From positions 17,102,752 through 17,166,751 of the forward strand of contig OZ316898.1 of NCBI GenBank assembly GCA_973895155.1: 64,000 bases of DNA, in the 5' to 3' direction. The DNA is from Marsupella aquatica. Lineage: Eukaryota > Plantae > Marchantiophyta. This document shows, one piece after another, positions 23,001 through 36,639 of this stretch (positions are counted from its first letter, which is position 1; each line of letters starts with the position of its first letter). The notes under the pieces were generated by a model that saw only the letters and a list, made by a program, of their open reading frames with translations, ran no database searches and had not been told where the DNA came from. The translations under genes and the position numbers were made by a program.

Positions 23001-23981
23001 GTTGAAACTAATGTGAACATAGGACTTGTACGTACGGCTGATGTACGGATGATTTGAATGAATCGAAATGTGTTGCAATGAATCTTTTTCCTTTCTCCTA
23101 TAATGGTTGCTTCGCTGATCAATTTGTATGTACGTATTCTGCCATGTTAGGTGTATGCAGTGCCATCATCGTCAGCATCAAAAATCCACATGCTAGACTT
23201 CACTCCCGGTCCTTTGTCTCGCTACTCTATAGATCATGATGGGTAAGAATACTAAAACTGAAGGGATTAGATCAAGGCATTTGATCTGGAGGTGCTTGGC
23301 AGCGAAAACAGACCTGCTACTCGTACAAAAAATGTGATTCTGGCCATATTTCGTGAAAAATTCTTTGTGCAACTGCTTGCAAGGGCCGGCAATTAATGCA
23401 CAAATTCGGCACTGGATGTCCAGATGATCAGATCCTAATTCTTGCGCTGGGATTTGGTACAGATCGGTCACTGATCAAAGGGATGAGCAGTCCCAAGTGG
23501 AGGTTCCCACCTCAGACGCAGTAGTGGCTGTTGCAGCACACCCTCTGAATGATCAGCTTGTGGCTGGGACCCAGGTACCTCTCAAGATCGTCTTAAGCTT
23601 ACAGTGTCCATGAGGCGTATTCCTTTTGATCTTATGCAGCCTTCTTCACACTGCTCCTATTCCTGTCCACGTTACCGTAAGTGTTCTCAGTTCATAGCTA
23701 ACACACTGCTTTTTCTTTTGCAGTCTGGAAAGTTGCTACTGTTGGGCCAGAAGAAATCTTCTTCAAACAACAACGATATCAAGTCTTCATCTCAAGAGCA
23801 TGGTAAAGTTTGCCAACCTGGGTTCCTTATTTTGGATGTTTTTTCTCTTGTATCGCTTTAGCCGGCAATCATGCTGAAATATTTGACTAATTGTCTTTGG
23901 TTGGTTTGTTTACTGTTGCTACCATGATGCGCAGGTTTCCCTTCTCCTCTTAATCACGATAGAAACAAAAGAGTTTCTTAA
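17098..23981 (+). CDS. WD40-repeat protein, AT5G12920-like, candidate DDB1-binding DWD/DCAF; 18 coding exons, 490 aa
   Basis: Phase-consistent exons: 17098-17165, 17634-17691, 18870-18964, 19359-19392, 19693-19774, 19915-20006, 20512-20586, 20696-20769, 21107-21239, 21422-21511, 21751-21816, 22084-22175, 22466-22531, 22856-22973, 23151-23242, 23463-23574, 23724-23802, 23935-23981 (1473 nt, no internal stop). Motifs: VSCIDFDSK-GIYLASV..GCLTVH, VRWNPFNQDEVAC, IHIWDRR, IHAWDLRGGR, IAFHLNNGWSGVLD, THLHCPPPPW, AAHPLND.LVAGT. The family call is from recalled similarity. The exon 2 end (GC donor) and the last exon are less certain. Confidence 0.88.
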
Positions 23982-24479
23982 TCTCTTCAACTGGACTCGC
24001 AAATCGACTCGTGCATCGTCACCCCAGTACTTGGCGGCAATGTAGTCACAAGAGCCACATCAATTTGTTCTATCACAACATTGCAGATGATGGCACATGC
24101 ATCCTGAAGGCTAGTCTTGCATCTTAGTGGGTGGCTAGGATATGATCCAGTTTGCCTTAGTTTGATTGACTTTGTGCGTTTAGAAAAAAATGTCATCATC
24201 TACAGCACTGGCTTTCTTTCTCGCGAAAGTGATCTTGGTTATTTTTGCGGATGTATCCCGAGTCATATACGAGGTTGTTGCAGGAATGTTTGTATAGGAT
24301 CTATTAGCCAACACTTCATCTACAATCCCCCTGTACTTCAAACCTATTGGTTATTTTCATAAGAGCTCCTCATAGTGGGTACTATGCACCACAAATTCAA
24401 CCACACGCGCTCTTTGGTAGGGGATGATTTGCCAAAACGTTCGGAAAGAATGGCGAAAGGTGAACTGAGTTCTACTATG

Positions 24480-24720
24480 AAAAGTGGCACACCTTGCCCC
24501 TAATTGACCGTTGCAGGCAGGGTATAGAGGATTTACACACAGCGTATACATAATCATATACTAGAGCATACATAGATCTGATCGGAAAGCAAAATTGGAT
24601 ACAAAAGCTTTTCCTCATTTTATAAAGGACCAAACTTCCAGAGACATTTTTCCTTTGCAAACAAATCACCCCAAAATCTAGTTCTATTATTTCAAGTCTG
24701 GAGTCCGACATCTTCCCGTG
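24480..24720 (-). pseudogene. Possible decayed LINE APE-endonuclease fragment
   Basis: LDFGVICLQRK resembles the APE motif D(I/V)ICLQE. The surrounding frame is broken. Confidence 0.2.
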
Positions 24721-25379
24721 TCATGCCACCAAGCATCCACCTCGTCCAACACGTCCCCCACATGTTTCACAAAGGAAGGAAACAATTCCATTGTTCCTTG
24801 GCTAACAATGCTTCGTAAAAACTATAACTCTAGCATTGTTGGTTTCAGAATTCTGAAGCTTACAATTTTCCGCTATCATGCCTCTCATCCTACCACACCA
24901 CAAATAGATCACCAGCGAGACCCAACCAAATGGCGGAAAGCAAATTTTGTCAAATGAGTGGTATCATTAAAAGCTGGAAACAGATATGAATCCAGTAAAA
25001 GGTGCAGGGCCACAGACTGTGCATTTGAACATTCCTCTCAGAAACCCAGAATTGCTGCTCACTTGGGCAGATAATCATGTATTGGTACTTCAATCATCAA
25101 GGTCACTGATAAGTCTGGCTTCTCAGGGAGTAATGAGTGCTCCTTTATCACGCGTTGCCATTGACTTCAAGTATTCAATCAAAGTCTTATTCTATACATA
25201 AACTAACGTCAAATTCATTGTCTATGAGCTTCATTTTTGTTCGGTTTCTGCTTTTGTTTGGGGGAAAGGGATACAAAACACCCAAATAATTAAAACCAGA
25301 GGGAATACCTCCATCTGTACAAATGGTTTGCAGACAGGGGGAACAAGAGTGACCCATGAAAGACAAGGATGTTAGAGGG

Positions 25380-25850
25380 TCACCCGCATGAAAGGAAGAA
25401 AGAAGAGTGAAACCCAGCCAGGCAGAAGAAGGATGAGACAAAGAAGAACAAGGACCCAGTGTGGTCAGAACAAAAAAAAGGCTAAGAGAGGGGAGCATGC
25501 AGGGAAAGAAAGAGAGAAAACACAAAAAAACCACTTGATGAAGAGAAGGAAGGAAATGAGCCCCTTCAAGTCTCCTTTCTTTTCGTTTTTTTGAAAGGAA
25601 TACTTTACTTATGAGACAAGTACAACCCAGTAAAAAAACTGGTGTGAAATGGCCAGACCACGGGCGGTCAAGGACCAAACATCACCCAGAGCCAAAATGC
25701 ATCCAGGCCCAGGGACAGGGGCAAAAGTGGGAACAGAAGTGAAAAGTAACAAAAACTCCACGCACCCAATAAAATACTATCAAAGGAAACACAAATCTGA
25801 GGGCTGACTCAACCCCAAAACCACAGCTAGAGATCCAGCGAAATTCTCTT
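25380..25850 (-). mobile_element. Probable non-LTR retrotransposon 3'UTR remnant (T/G-rich on minus)
   Basis: Strong strand asymmetry resembling the 3'UTR of the element at 55212-55474. Compositional evidence only. Confidence 0.3.
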
Positions 25851-25883
25851 TTGTTTTGGGTCTTGAAGTAATTTTATTTCTGT

Positions 25884-26163
25884 ATGAGCTTCAAGTCTTC
25901 AACCCTTATAGTCCTCAAGACAAAAACTAACTTCATTATCTGAAATTCAAGTCTTCAACCCTATTAAGTATGTTACACAGTAGTTAACTTCATATTCCTG
26001 AGCTTCAAGACTTCACCCAATTTTAAGTGTTTTGTTGCATTGAAGTGTTTTAAATCTTCAACCCGTAGCCTTCTACATGGCGATGAACTCTATCTCATGA
26101 GCCAGCAGATTCTTGTAAGCCTTCACATGGCAATGAACTCTATCTCATGAGCCAGCAGATTCT
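25884..26163. repeat. Degenerate minisatellite of about 55 bp (4 copies) followed by a tandem duplication of about 50 bp
   Basis: ttcaagtcttcaaccc-like core at about 25890, 25946, 26004 and 26050. acatgg-n-atgaactctatctcatgagccagcagattctt occurs twice in 26075-26163. Confidence 0.8.
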
Positions 26164-26733
26164 TTTATTTTTTTCTGGAACGGAATGCTTCACACAGCAA
26201 GGGTGACGTAAAAAAGTGAGCATGTTCAACAATTCCTTGTGGATCATTTTTTGCAAAAACCCCCTTTTCCCTCCTCTATTAGGTCTCCTGCCTTAAGAAT
26301 CCACTCTCCCAATTTGCCTTCTTTGTTCTTTGACAATGTGATCTATATTTATTTAGTTATTTATATATCAAAAAGAAAATCCTTCGTTCCTTGGCAATGT
26401 AGTTCTATATTTATTTATATGTCCAAAACCATAAAATCAAAAATTCTTTGTTCTTTGACAATCTGATCATACTCATCTATTTATGTCAAGGAAAATCCAA
26501 AAAAACAAAAACAAAACTTTTAGGCAAAGGCAAAGGCTGTCGACATATCATACGACACAATACCATTGAGGAGACGAGAAGAGACGAGAGTAGTCGAGTA
26601 GAGTATAATGTACCATATTGTGCCGTATTGTAGACCACAGTAGTGAGAGTAGACTAGGAGTGGGACCAGCCCCACGCCCTCCACTCTACTCTACGCTACT
26701 CTAGTAAACTCTACTCTATTCCACTCTACACCT

Positions 26734-26773
26734 CTAGTCTAGTCTAGTCTAGTCTAGTCTAGTCTAGTCTAGT
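26734..26773. repeat. (CTAGT)8 microsatellite
   Basis: Eight perfect units. Confidence 0.95.
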
Positions 26774-26789
26774 AAATCACTCGACCCAC

Positions 26790-27260
26790 ATGAGTTGGCG
26801 TAAGAGTTTAAATTCCCTTAAAGAATGAGTCCTACCCTACGGCGGCACCGTACAGTACTGTACCGTAGTCCGTCATCCGTCCAGCCCGACACGCAGCAGC
26901 CAGTCGAGACACTGAGACAGCCATACATCGCATGCAAGCGCGGAGCATACATACGCATGTGTCACCGTACGTGATTGCGATCATAACATCCGACAGGGCC
27001 CACCAGGCCGGCCCCACCACAAGTGCATTCCCTCACATGCACGCATGTCCCCCGCAGACCATGCCATCCCATCCCATCCCATGCCATGCCAGGATCCTGT
27101 ACCATCGCGGGCCATCATGACATCGATCGCATAACATCAGAGTCATCATCTCCGCCTGACACTGTAACGGGCCCCACCATCAGTCCGGTGCAATACAGTA
27201 CATACTAGTGCAGCCGCTCGCATACAGTACAGGGGTGGCGTAGACACAGGTCCACCGGTA
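26790..27260. promoter_or_regulatory. GC/CpG-rich non-coding island 1 (candidate distal cis-regulatory element)
   Basis: CpG retained in CpG-depleted surroundings. Palindrome GTACAGTACTGTAC at 26850-26863, several GTAC cores and CATGC (RY-like) motifs. Confidence 0.45.
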
Positions 27261-28242
27261 TGTCCTCTTTCTTTCCGTTTTTCTTGTTTTTTACTCTCGA
27301 AAATTCTGGAAGGATGGAAAGGAATTTTTTTCATGCTTGGAGTAATGCCAGTTTAGGGAGACTACTTTGGAGGAATTGCTCTTTTGGAATTGGGCTGGCA
27401 CTAAGAAGTGGAGAATGGAGTTGAGAGAGGTTCTGGATGATCAGGTTATAGGGGAAACATTTAGGAATCTTACAGGGAGGGAAAAACATTTTTACTTGTT
27501 CTACGAGGTCATGTCCCAAACTATGACTACACTGGTGTGTTATTTTTACTTGTTCTACACTTTGTTTTGTCCGGGGGTATGATTGCACTGGTGTGTTCTT
27601 TTACTTGTTATACACACTGCTACATTCCAAAGTCTGCTACACTCCTTTCCAATGATGGTGGCATCCATGTTTTAGGGTTCTTCCTGTTGTTCCTTGTTGG
27701 GTGTTGGATTTGCGTATAACTTTCCTTTTTCAGGACTAGGCACAGTCGTGTCACTGAGACAAAGAGTGTATACAAAAAAGTAACGAGTGCCTCAATCAGG
27801 TACATTAGTGTAAGTCTATCTAAGATGCAATGAACTGCATTTGAGACATGAATGCACAAACTATTTCAGAAAAAGCTGTCACCAGCCATGTTTGAGGAGC
27901 ACAGCATGTATTTTTTGTCCCCTTGAACAGGCCAGTATAGGGTTGCAATAGAAGGTTCCACAAGCATGTATCATTATCCCAGCCCATGTGAACCCGTTGG
28001 CTAGTGGGTACTCAGGTCCATAGTACATATATTGGACAGTGTCACAGAGACATTTGGAGGGTGAAATGCTTAGATGGATTCAGAATTCTAGCAAATTTGA
28101 TGTTTGAAAACAAACTCTGAGTAGAAAATCAGAGAATGCTGTTGTTGTGGCACCGATAAATCCACAAGAATTAGGAGCCAAAATTTCCATGATTTTACAT
28201 GTATGTGACAATTAAACAAACAAAGCTTTAAAGGAGGAGAGC

Positions 28243-28259
28243 CCCTAAACCCTAAACCC
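28243..28259 (+). repeat. Short interstitial plant telomere-like repeat (CCCTAAA)2
   Basis: ccctaaaccctaaaccc. Confidence 0.6.
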
Positions 28260-28516
28260 AGGTTCTTGCCAACAGGGTCCTGAGCTTGGGGGGTCTTTTC
28301 CCTTGTGAATAGAAGGAAACAGACATCTTCCTTTCCTTGAGTCTTGTCAATTGCAGCTATCCTTATACTTTCCAGACAAGCTTGTATGAAGCTGTTTTAA
28401 ATCTGCCAATGTCTCATACAACAAAGCTCATATAGACTGTTCAAGTAGTCACAAGCTTGGATGTGCAATTTGAAGCATGATCAAATGAAGAGTTGGCTTG
28501 CGTAGCAACGAGCTAG

Positions 28517-28518
<2 letters not shown>

Positions 28519-28555
<37 letters not shown>
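28519..28555. repeat. (GA)n microsatellite
   Basis: About 18 GA units. Confidence 0.95.
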
Positions 28556-28559
<4 letters not shown>

Positions 28560-28859
28560 ATTAGGAGAACAACTTACTTTCCTTTTACATACCAACGTAC
28601 ATAGACATCTGGTGAGGTGTAATCCAGAAGTGTAGCTTGCTGATTGTCCCTGTCTGAGGTTTCACATGAAATCAATGAAACTAAAAATATTAAACCCAAT
28701 GAAGTAAATAATGTTGACCTAAAATACATAGACAGACTCATCACAATAACTCTCTATCTATGACTCTGTACAAAAACCACGAGGTATTTGCTTGATGTGA
28801 CCCCAAAATGAAAAGTTTTACTTCACCACATATATTTTCCGGACCTGTCCAGTTGATAC

Positions 28860-29595
28860 ATCCAGGGGAGTTAGCTTAGAGTGTTTTTGAAGCTGCTATA
28901 TGGTGAATGCACATTTCAGATTTTTATGTCATGTATTTTCATTTCAATCTGCCTTATCAAGGGGCAGACTTTGTATTCTATACATTTTTAATTAATTTTT
29001 AGGCCCCTTTTAGTTTTAGGTATTCTAGAGTGTTTTTCAATCTGCCTTATCAAGGGGCAGACTTTGTATTCTATACATTTTAAATTAATTTTTAGGCCCC
29101 TTTTAGTTTTAGGTATTCTAGAGTGTTTTGAACTTATTTTGGCAGCTCTATACATTTTTAATTAATTTTTAGGCCCCTTTTAGTTTTAGGTATTCTAGAG
29201 TGTTTTGAACTTATTTTGGCAGCCCCCTTTCACAGTATGTGTTTTCTTAGAGATGAAACCAAAGGCTCCACCACCACCAGTGAGAGAAATGATGCTGAAG
29301 AACATGAATGCATAGCCTCTTAAGTTCTCCTCATGTTTTTCTTTCCTAGGTTTATGGTTTTTATTGAAAGGAGTGTCATTCATAAGGGACCCTGAGTTAA
29401 GTGCACACATCGTAGTATCGTTTGACTGTACCTTTTCTTGGTCAATGTGCTTTTCTTGGCAGACACTTTCACTTTTCTTGGCAGCACTTCTATGCTCTCA
29501 TATTTTATTTACTTTCAGATCACTACAAGACAAAAAATAAAGCATGTTCCAGGATGAGCATGCTATATCCAGGGGAGTTAGCTTAGAGTGTTTTT
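28860..29595 (+). repeat. Dispersed repeat, copy 1, flanked by a perfect 29-bp direct repeat and carrying two internal tandem duplications
   Basis: Matches the reverse complement of 47961-48487. atccaggggagttagcttagagtgttttt lies at 28860-28888 and 29567-29595. Internal duplications of about 93 and 77 bp lie in 28942-29223. Confidence 0.9.
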
Positions 29596-31767
29596 CAAAT
29601 ACCAGGTGTGGTCTTCACCTAATTAAAATATTCATAATTCATAAGAGAATATTCTATAAATATCAGCATTTTGAATGTTAAATGGTCTGTTGAACTTTAC
29701 AAACCTAAGGTATGAAATAATAACTATTCTCTATTCTTGTCTTCCAAACACCTTACAACCTTTGATATAAATAAAAATATATATTTTCAATCATGAGTGA
29801 TTCCAACATTGGTTTTTTGTAGCTGACAGGTTGCTAGAGATCGAAAATCCTAGGAATGAGCAGAATGGAACTTGCACATCCTCTTAATGTGAATACATAC
29901 ACTCTAGCTTGGGCATGTGCACAACAACTTGGCCAGAAAAATCTTGCCAGCTATCCTATTCATATGGCCATTCCAGCATATCTAATATGGCATCTCTAGC
30001 TCTCTAGATAGCTGGACTTCAGGTCAGTTCTCTTGGTGTGATCCAAAAAAAGTTGATATAGGAGAAGGCTGTCCAGAACTCTACATATATTAGGGACAGT
30101 GAATTCAAAAATATGTCATTTCATTTTTGGGGGGAGTTGGAAACAACCAATCAACCTGCAAGCGAGAGAGAGAGCTTCAACCAGCATAGTTTTGTGCCAG
30201 ATTGTTTATGTGTGTTGTTCAAGAATTGCTTGCTGAAAACTTGGTGCATGCAACAATGACTGGATGGACAACTGTAATGAAAGGGATCTTTTTGTGTTGG
30301 AGAGGGGTGAAGAGAGAAAAAAATCATAAGAAAAACACCCATTCAAGGCCAGTGTCAAATCTAGACTAAGTCATAGCTAACATATGCGAAGTCTGGACAG
30401 CGTCGAGTATGGTAACAAATTATGTCTCTTTAAATACTCACATACCGAGTCATTCACATTGTCTGGTTATACCATCGATCGACATTTTATCACGAACTAG
30501 TCATGGATTGCGGTCATAGACAAATCCAAGTCTTATCAAAGCACTTGCTGCTAAAGATATGGTCATAAAAAATAAAGATATCATGGACTAAGTAGAGTTA
30601 AAGTTAAAGTTGATGGTCAAACCAGGACACTCTTGTGAATGAGAAAAAATACTTTGTCATTGTAACAGACATCTAGATACTGGAAGTACATGTGTAGTCG
30701 TCATGCACTTTACATTAAGTCAGTAACAATATGCTCATGTTGATAGAGGCGAGCAACAATGGGACTAGGCCGAGGGTATAATGCTTGACAGATACAGGGT
30801 GTGAAAAGTCGTATGCATAGTGTTGAGGAAAAAAGTTCATTAGTTGAATGTCGGCAATCGAGTGACAGTAATCACAGTAAAAGCCACTGTTAGTAATCGG
30901 CATACATTGAGAAATTAACATTGGGAGGACTAGTGTAATCCACGATGAAGCCAGGACATCTATGCAGTGCGCCATAACAGCCAGTCATGCTGCATGGCGT
31001 AGACCATCAACTAGCATCGGGATGCGGGAGACACAATCTGCATTACAGACCCCAGGGTCATCGTTCAGCCCCCGTCCCTGGGGCGAGATCAAGATTTGTT
31101 TGCATTTAATCCCTATTCCATGTTTATGCTACATGTAGCCGCGGCGGTAATGGGGTGACATGAACCAACACTAGGCTAGCCGGCATCTCATAACTAATGT
31201 AGAAAACGTCAATTATTCATGCAAGAAATAAGCAAATGTGATCTGTTTACACATACCTGTCCTGCATGCGCCGTGCTGAGAGTAGTTTCAATCGTTGTGG
31301 TGGACAGTCTGCGTCTCTTGTCAAAAGGGTTTCACTGGTGTGTATGCCATGATCTTCTTCTTAGCACAAAGGCATGGGCATGGTACTCATGTTGCGGGAC
31401 GTGGAGCTATTGTTGTTCCTAATGCACTCAAAAAATGGGCTGAGATTGTATGTGCGAGTTGGAGCTCATGCCTTAGGTAAGGGGCCGGCATTTTTTAGAG
31501 GTTGGCACGATTTAGGGTAGCCACCAGTGCAGCTGGCGCTAAGTTGCTTTGGAGTACCCTATCTGGGGTGACTGTAAGGTGTTAGTGCATTCCACGTGTC
31601 TAAAATAGAAACGGATCTGGACCATACGCAGGCGTTACATGTGGAATGTGTAACTTGTTTATAATGTGTGGGTGTTACATGTACCGACGGACTTCAGTAG
31701 TATTCTAGGGATTGCATATCACTAGTCAGCATTACATTCATTTATTTATATAATGTCCACACTTATC

Positions 31768-31811
31768 TAGAGAGAGAGAGCGAGACACACACACACACAC
31801 ACACACACACC
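31768..31811. repeat. Compound (GA)n(CA)n microsatellite
   Basis: Direct inspection. Confidence 0.9.
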
Positions 31812-33599
31812 AGGACCTTGACACTAAAATTATCTTAAGAGTCATGCTCCACATGACAATGATTCCCAATTGATAAAAAAACTCTAAGATCTGCAGTTCT
31901 TGTTACAATTAATCTGGATGTGTGGCATAATAGATGGTGGGTAATAAAAGTGACTAGCCACCAACCTCAATCTGTGTTTTTGTGTTCTCCAGTTCTTAGA
32001 ATGCAGTCCACCGTGTCCAAATGCAAGTGATAAGTTCATAATGTACAGGATTCAACACTCCCATGAAATGTGGGGATGCTGCAACAAGAAGCTGGGAGAT
32101 GTTGACTAAAGCATTCCTGGTTTCAAGGGAGTGTTGAGTCTTACATAAACCCCTGCCATGAGGCACTTTATCCATCATAGATTTATATCTTACGATGGAG
32201 AGAGATTCTAGGCCTGCTATTTGAGCTCAAACTGAGCAAGAACTAGCCGTGCCTCCATCATGGCAATGCTTTATATGAAGAATTGCATGCAATCCACTTC
32301 TTCCCAAAACTTTATGGCAATTGCTAAGAGAGGGCACTTGTAAATGCACTGAGAATGCTGTTTTCTTAGGGTGCCTGTACATAATATCAATATTTCATTT
32401 CCTTCCACTCTCGGGGTTTTCACTTCCATAGAATCGGAACATCACGTGCGATGAAGAATAGGGAAGTTTTATTAGTTCTAAGGGAATACTTAGAATCTTT
32501 ATGGAAGAACTTTAGAGTCTTTTAAATCCAATTTGGAATCTTGTAAGAACATTAGTGTCATTTTAATCAAAATTTATAGGGTTTAAAAAATAAAAGAATT
32601 CTTACATTTTAGGAGGTGCAGGGCTTAAAAAAGTTGCAGGTGATGGAGGGGCCTCTATGTAGTGAGACCCCCGAGCTTCCAATATTCCACGTCATTCATG
32701 TTGCATTACAGCCTTTTTTCTTTGTCAAAATTTAGTCAGATTCTTTGTGTAAAGAAATACTCCTTCACCCCATCTAGACCCGATAGTAGATACCAGTTGC
32801 CAGTCGCCCTCATGCCTAGTTTCCTTGGCTTGCTGGTTTTCCCACTCCATGCCTCAGCCCTGCATTTGCTCACTCGCAAAACTCCTAGGGTTCTTTGGAT
32901 GCTAATGTGCCCAATCACTGTCACAACGAGCCCTGCCAAGCTCTTGCTGTTGTCTGCAAACTATGACCCTAAAGGCCGCATTCCCACTCTGAGGCCAAGC
33001 GTTTCACCGCCTCACCTAAGGGGTAACCACCCCCAATCACAACATCTTGCTCTCTTCCTTGCCACTTACCCTAATCAAGGAAACTGAAGGTGGATGAAGA
33101 GTTTTTAGTTTCCAGTATCTATCACATAATTCAAGGAAATTACCACTAACTCCTCTTAATAATCTAAAGCTTTGATATTTTGCAGGATTTGTCAGGTGAT
33201 CTGATAATACTTCTGGTTAATCTGGTATACAGAAAGAAAATATGATGGGGATTAATAAACTTATCTTTCAATTCACCTCCCTTCTCGTTGTCAGACAGGA
33301 TCTTTCATGACCTACAGTAGATGGACCATCCTAACACTATACTTTTTATTCATATAATACCTTTCTTTGCATGACTGTTCCCACTTTGTATGCCAAAAGT
33401 TTTGTCAATCCAGGTCCCTAAGTCAAATGTGGGGTCCATCCTAACCTCACCTTCAAGAAAAGAAAACCTAGAGAATATTGTTTTTACAGAGAACAGCACC
33501 TAAAAGCACAAGCCTTTTGAAAAACGAACTCCAAAATTTCTGTATCGCTCAATATAATCTATTCATTAAAATAAGCTGGATCCCCCCTCTTGTTGCAGC

Positions 33600-35160
33600 T
33601 GTGCTGCAGCAGAGAACTTATTAAGACACGGTCAGCTCGGTCAAAGCAGGAAAACCTTTTAAAAACCCCCGGTCAAAATGAAATACGGTACTCGCTACAG
33701 TAGCACGATTGGTCTCCTCTCTGCCCATAGACTCAGTTACTAGTAGTCCCTTGCCTCCCTGCCCTGAATCTCCGTACGTCCCCCTTTGCCCACGCGTGCC
33801 TTTCCGTCCGTCCGTCGCATCAGACCCTCTCTTGTCGTCCAGTGTGTACCCATGTGAAGATGACACCATACACTAGGCAGGTTTGCCTCGGATACATTTC
33901 TTCCCTGCCCTGCCCTAGGTCCCAGGCTAGCCTAGCTTAGCCTTCTGGGCTGCCCCAGATGCCTGCCCGAGAGGCCTGCCCGTCTGCATGAGCGACATGC
34001 CAAAACTCGGGCAACGTCCCGTTCCGTCCGTCGCGTTGGAAGAAGGGAACGGAAGTTCCGAAGAGAGGGTTGGATGGAACGCTGTGATAGCGCCCCCTGC
34101 CTGCCCGCCCCTTGTCCTCAACCGACAAGCACCCATGCTTATTAATTAAGCGCCCTTTACACTTGACGCCGCCCGAGCGTCTGTACCCATCAGACCCGTC
34201 CCGTACATTCCAGTCTCCTACACTCCAAAAAAGTCATGTCGCCCCCTGCCCGTCTCCCTGCCCAGACATTGCCAGGTACACCGCCCAGGAGTCCGATCCA
34301 CACCCATTTTTGTTCGCTTCCATGCCAGAATTTTTTTTCTCTCGAGACTTGGCAAAAGGGAGGAAAAAGAAATGGTCCCAAAACACTGACAGATCTGCGC
34401 TTCCAGATGTAATTATCCCCTTAGTGAAGTGGATCTCGAGTATTATTAATTGAGTAAACTGGATTTGGAGTACGGTACAGCTAATCTCCTCGTCACTCAC
34501 CAGCCCGGGACCGCATGGTACTGTATAAAATCTTTTCGTGGAACCGATACAGCAAGTAGTGGTTAAGGAGAATTAAATTACTCATTGCCCTCTTCACATT
34601 AGCCGTTAATGGACGGCGGTAATCAGCACATCTCTCTTCAAGTGGGGCAGAGGTCTGAGGTCTGAAGTGTGTGAGCAGAGTCTGGGCACTTGGGCAGACG
34701 GCCAGAAGCCCAGAATCGTGCCTGGAAATGTTTGTTGGGTTACGGGCTGGCGACTGGGGTTGAGATTACGGTTGTTTGAAACGGTAAATAATCAGCTGAT
34801 TAAGTTACTGTAGTATCATGAGGTGAGATTACGGTACTGTATCTGCCCGCCCACAAAGATTGAGGTTAGCAGAAAGCAGAAAGGGGCAGAAGCACAATTA
34901 TTTATTAGGGGCTCGGGTCAGGAGTACAGTAGTTATGGAGAGCCGGGCAGGGTTGTCTATGATGACGCAGATTAAGCACGTGCGAGTACTTCGGCTCCAA
35001 CACGTGCCCGACAGGCCCCTCGTCAGGAATAGAGATCCCTGAATTTATTTCAAACTGGGCTGGGCAGCGGGTCAAATTGTAAACAAAAACCGGGACTGGA
35101 CCTTTCAGACACTTACCGAGATCATTGAGATTCGAAACCGCTGACCGGGCTTTCATAGAA
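33600..35160. promoter_or_regulatory. GC/CpG-rich non-coding island 2 (candidate distal cis-regulatory element)
   Basis: CpG-rich with no credible ORF. Many GTAC, TGCCC/GGGCA, CCGTCC and TAATTA motifs. Confidence 0.45.
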
Positions 35161-36319
35161 AAATCAAAAATGGGATCTTTACCACTTCACCCACAACTAC
35201 CAAAACTACCCAATGTATTTATAATCATTTGTTTTTCGTGAAAAAAATCTGCATGAATACTGTAGGTTTCCCTTAAAAGTCTTCACCAAATTCACGAAAT
35301 TTCTTTTGTCTTTCACTAGCTAGTTTCTCACCTGCACAACTACCCCATTGGCAGAATTTGATTGCCATCCTTACATCTAGGGCGACCTCAGGGTTTAAAT
35401 AAGGAAACATTAATTTAGGAAATTTAAATAAGGACTATTCATAGCATAATCCCATTAATACAAGACCACTTCAAAGCATAATCTCCTTAATACAAGGCCA
35501 CCTCAACAAACATTAGACATCACCTCGTTATGTCAACAGTAGATCCAGTCTGTCCCTTGTTTCTCTCACACTGAACATTGTTCCATTGCTCTAGTTTTCT
35601 TCTTTCTCATGATAATCAAGCTCAAACACCTTCTGCTGACTCACAAAGAACACAACCTACAAGGATGTTCCATGTTTGTTATACTCTCAAATGGGCGGAC
35701 ATGTTTGTTTCCATGCGGCTTGTGCTAGCAGTCCCAGCCCCAGTCATGCAAGTGAATCCACCCTTTTATCCAAAAATCAATCAAATACTTTTTCTGGTTG
35801 TTCCTGGTCCTCTACCCTTTCACTGATCTTGGGATGGGTACCAGTTTCCAAGGATTAAACAGAACTCAACCAGATTTCTTGGAATGTTATGGACATCTGT
35901 GGTAAAAGTTGAGAATGATTATTTCCAGCCTCCAACTCAGGGGTGTCAGTTTTACACAAAAGATACACATGACCTGCGATGACAAAGCGTAAGATCATTC
36001 TATTCATTCTCAATAAGACCTAATAGGAAATTTGGATTGTAGTCGAAGAGTTTTATTTGAATGATAATGTTTATTAGGTATCCAAGTATAGGGTTCAAAA
36101 ACAATGAAATGATGGGTCCGGTAACTGCACACCATAATTACCATATTTTGATGTGTGATTACCAGAAGGGCAAAATGACATGTGTATATATGGTACATTT
36201 ATCTCAGTGTTAAACCCTCAAGTCTTCTATAAGAAGCCAACTTTAGTACCCCTCTACCCATTCCTTGTGAGAGGAACAACCTAAAACTCTGAACTCCTGG
36301 GCTCGAGATTTCGAACAGA

Positions 36320-36600
36320 ATCATAACAAGAGAAAAAAGTACAAGCACCAAACCCAACAGAAAACGACAAATTCAAACCCCCAGAAACCTAGGAAAAAAT
36401 AGAGGAAAAGGTCTACCAAGGCATCTGCAAGCCCTAAACCCAGGAAGTCCCAAAATTGTAGAAAAACATACAAGAAAACGAGAAACAGTACAAGCGCCAA
36501 AACCGAAAAGAAAATTGCAAATCCAAACCCCAAACCTAGAAACAAAACCATCATCAACGCATATGCCAACCCCAAATAACCCAGGGGAAAAAAAGGTGAT
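36320..36600 (-). mobile_element. Probable non-LTR retrotransposon 3'UTR remnant
   Basis: T/G-rich minus strand (ggtttggggtttggattt-type tracts), like 55260-55400. The hydrophobic ORF 36321-36665 is a compositional artefact. Confidence 0.35.
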
Positions 36601-36639
36601 AATTGAACAAATCTACCCCTGCCATAGTTGTTAGTGTTG

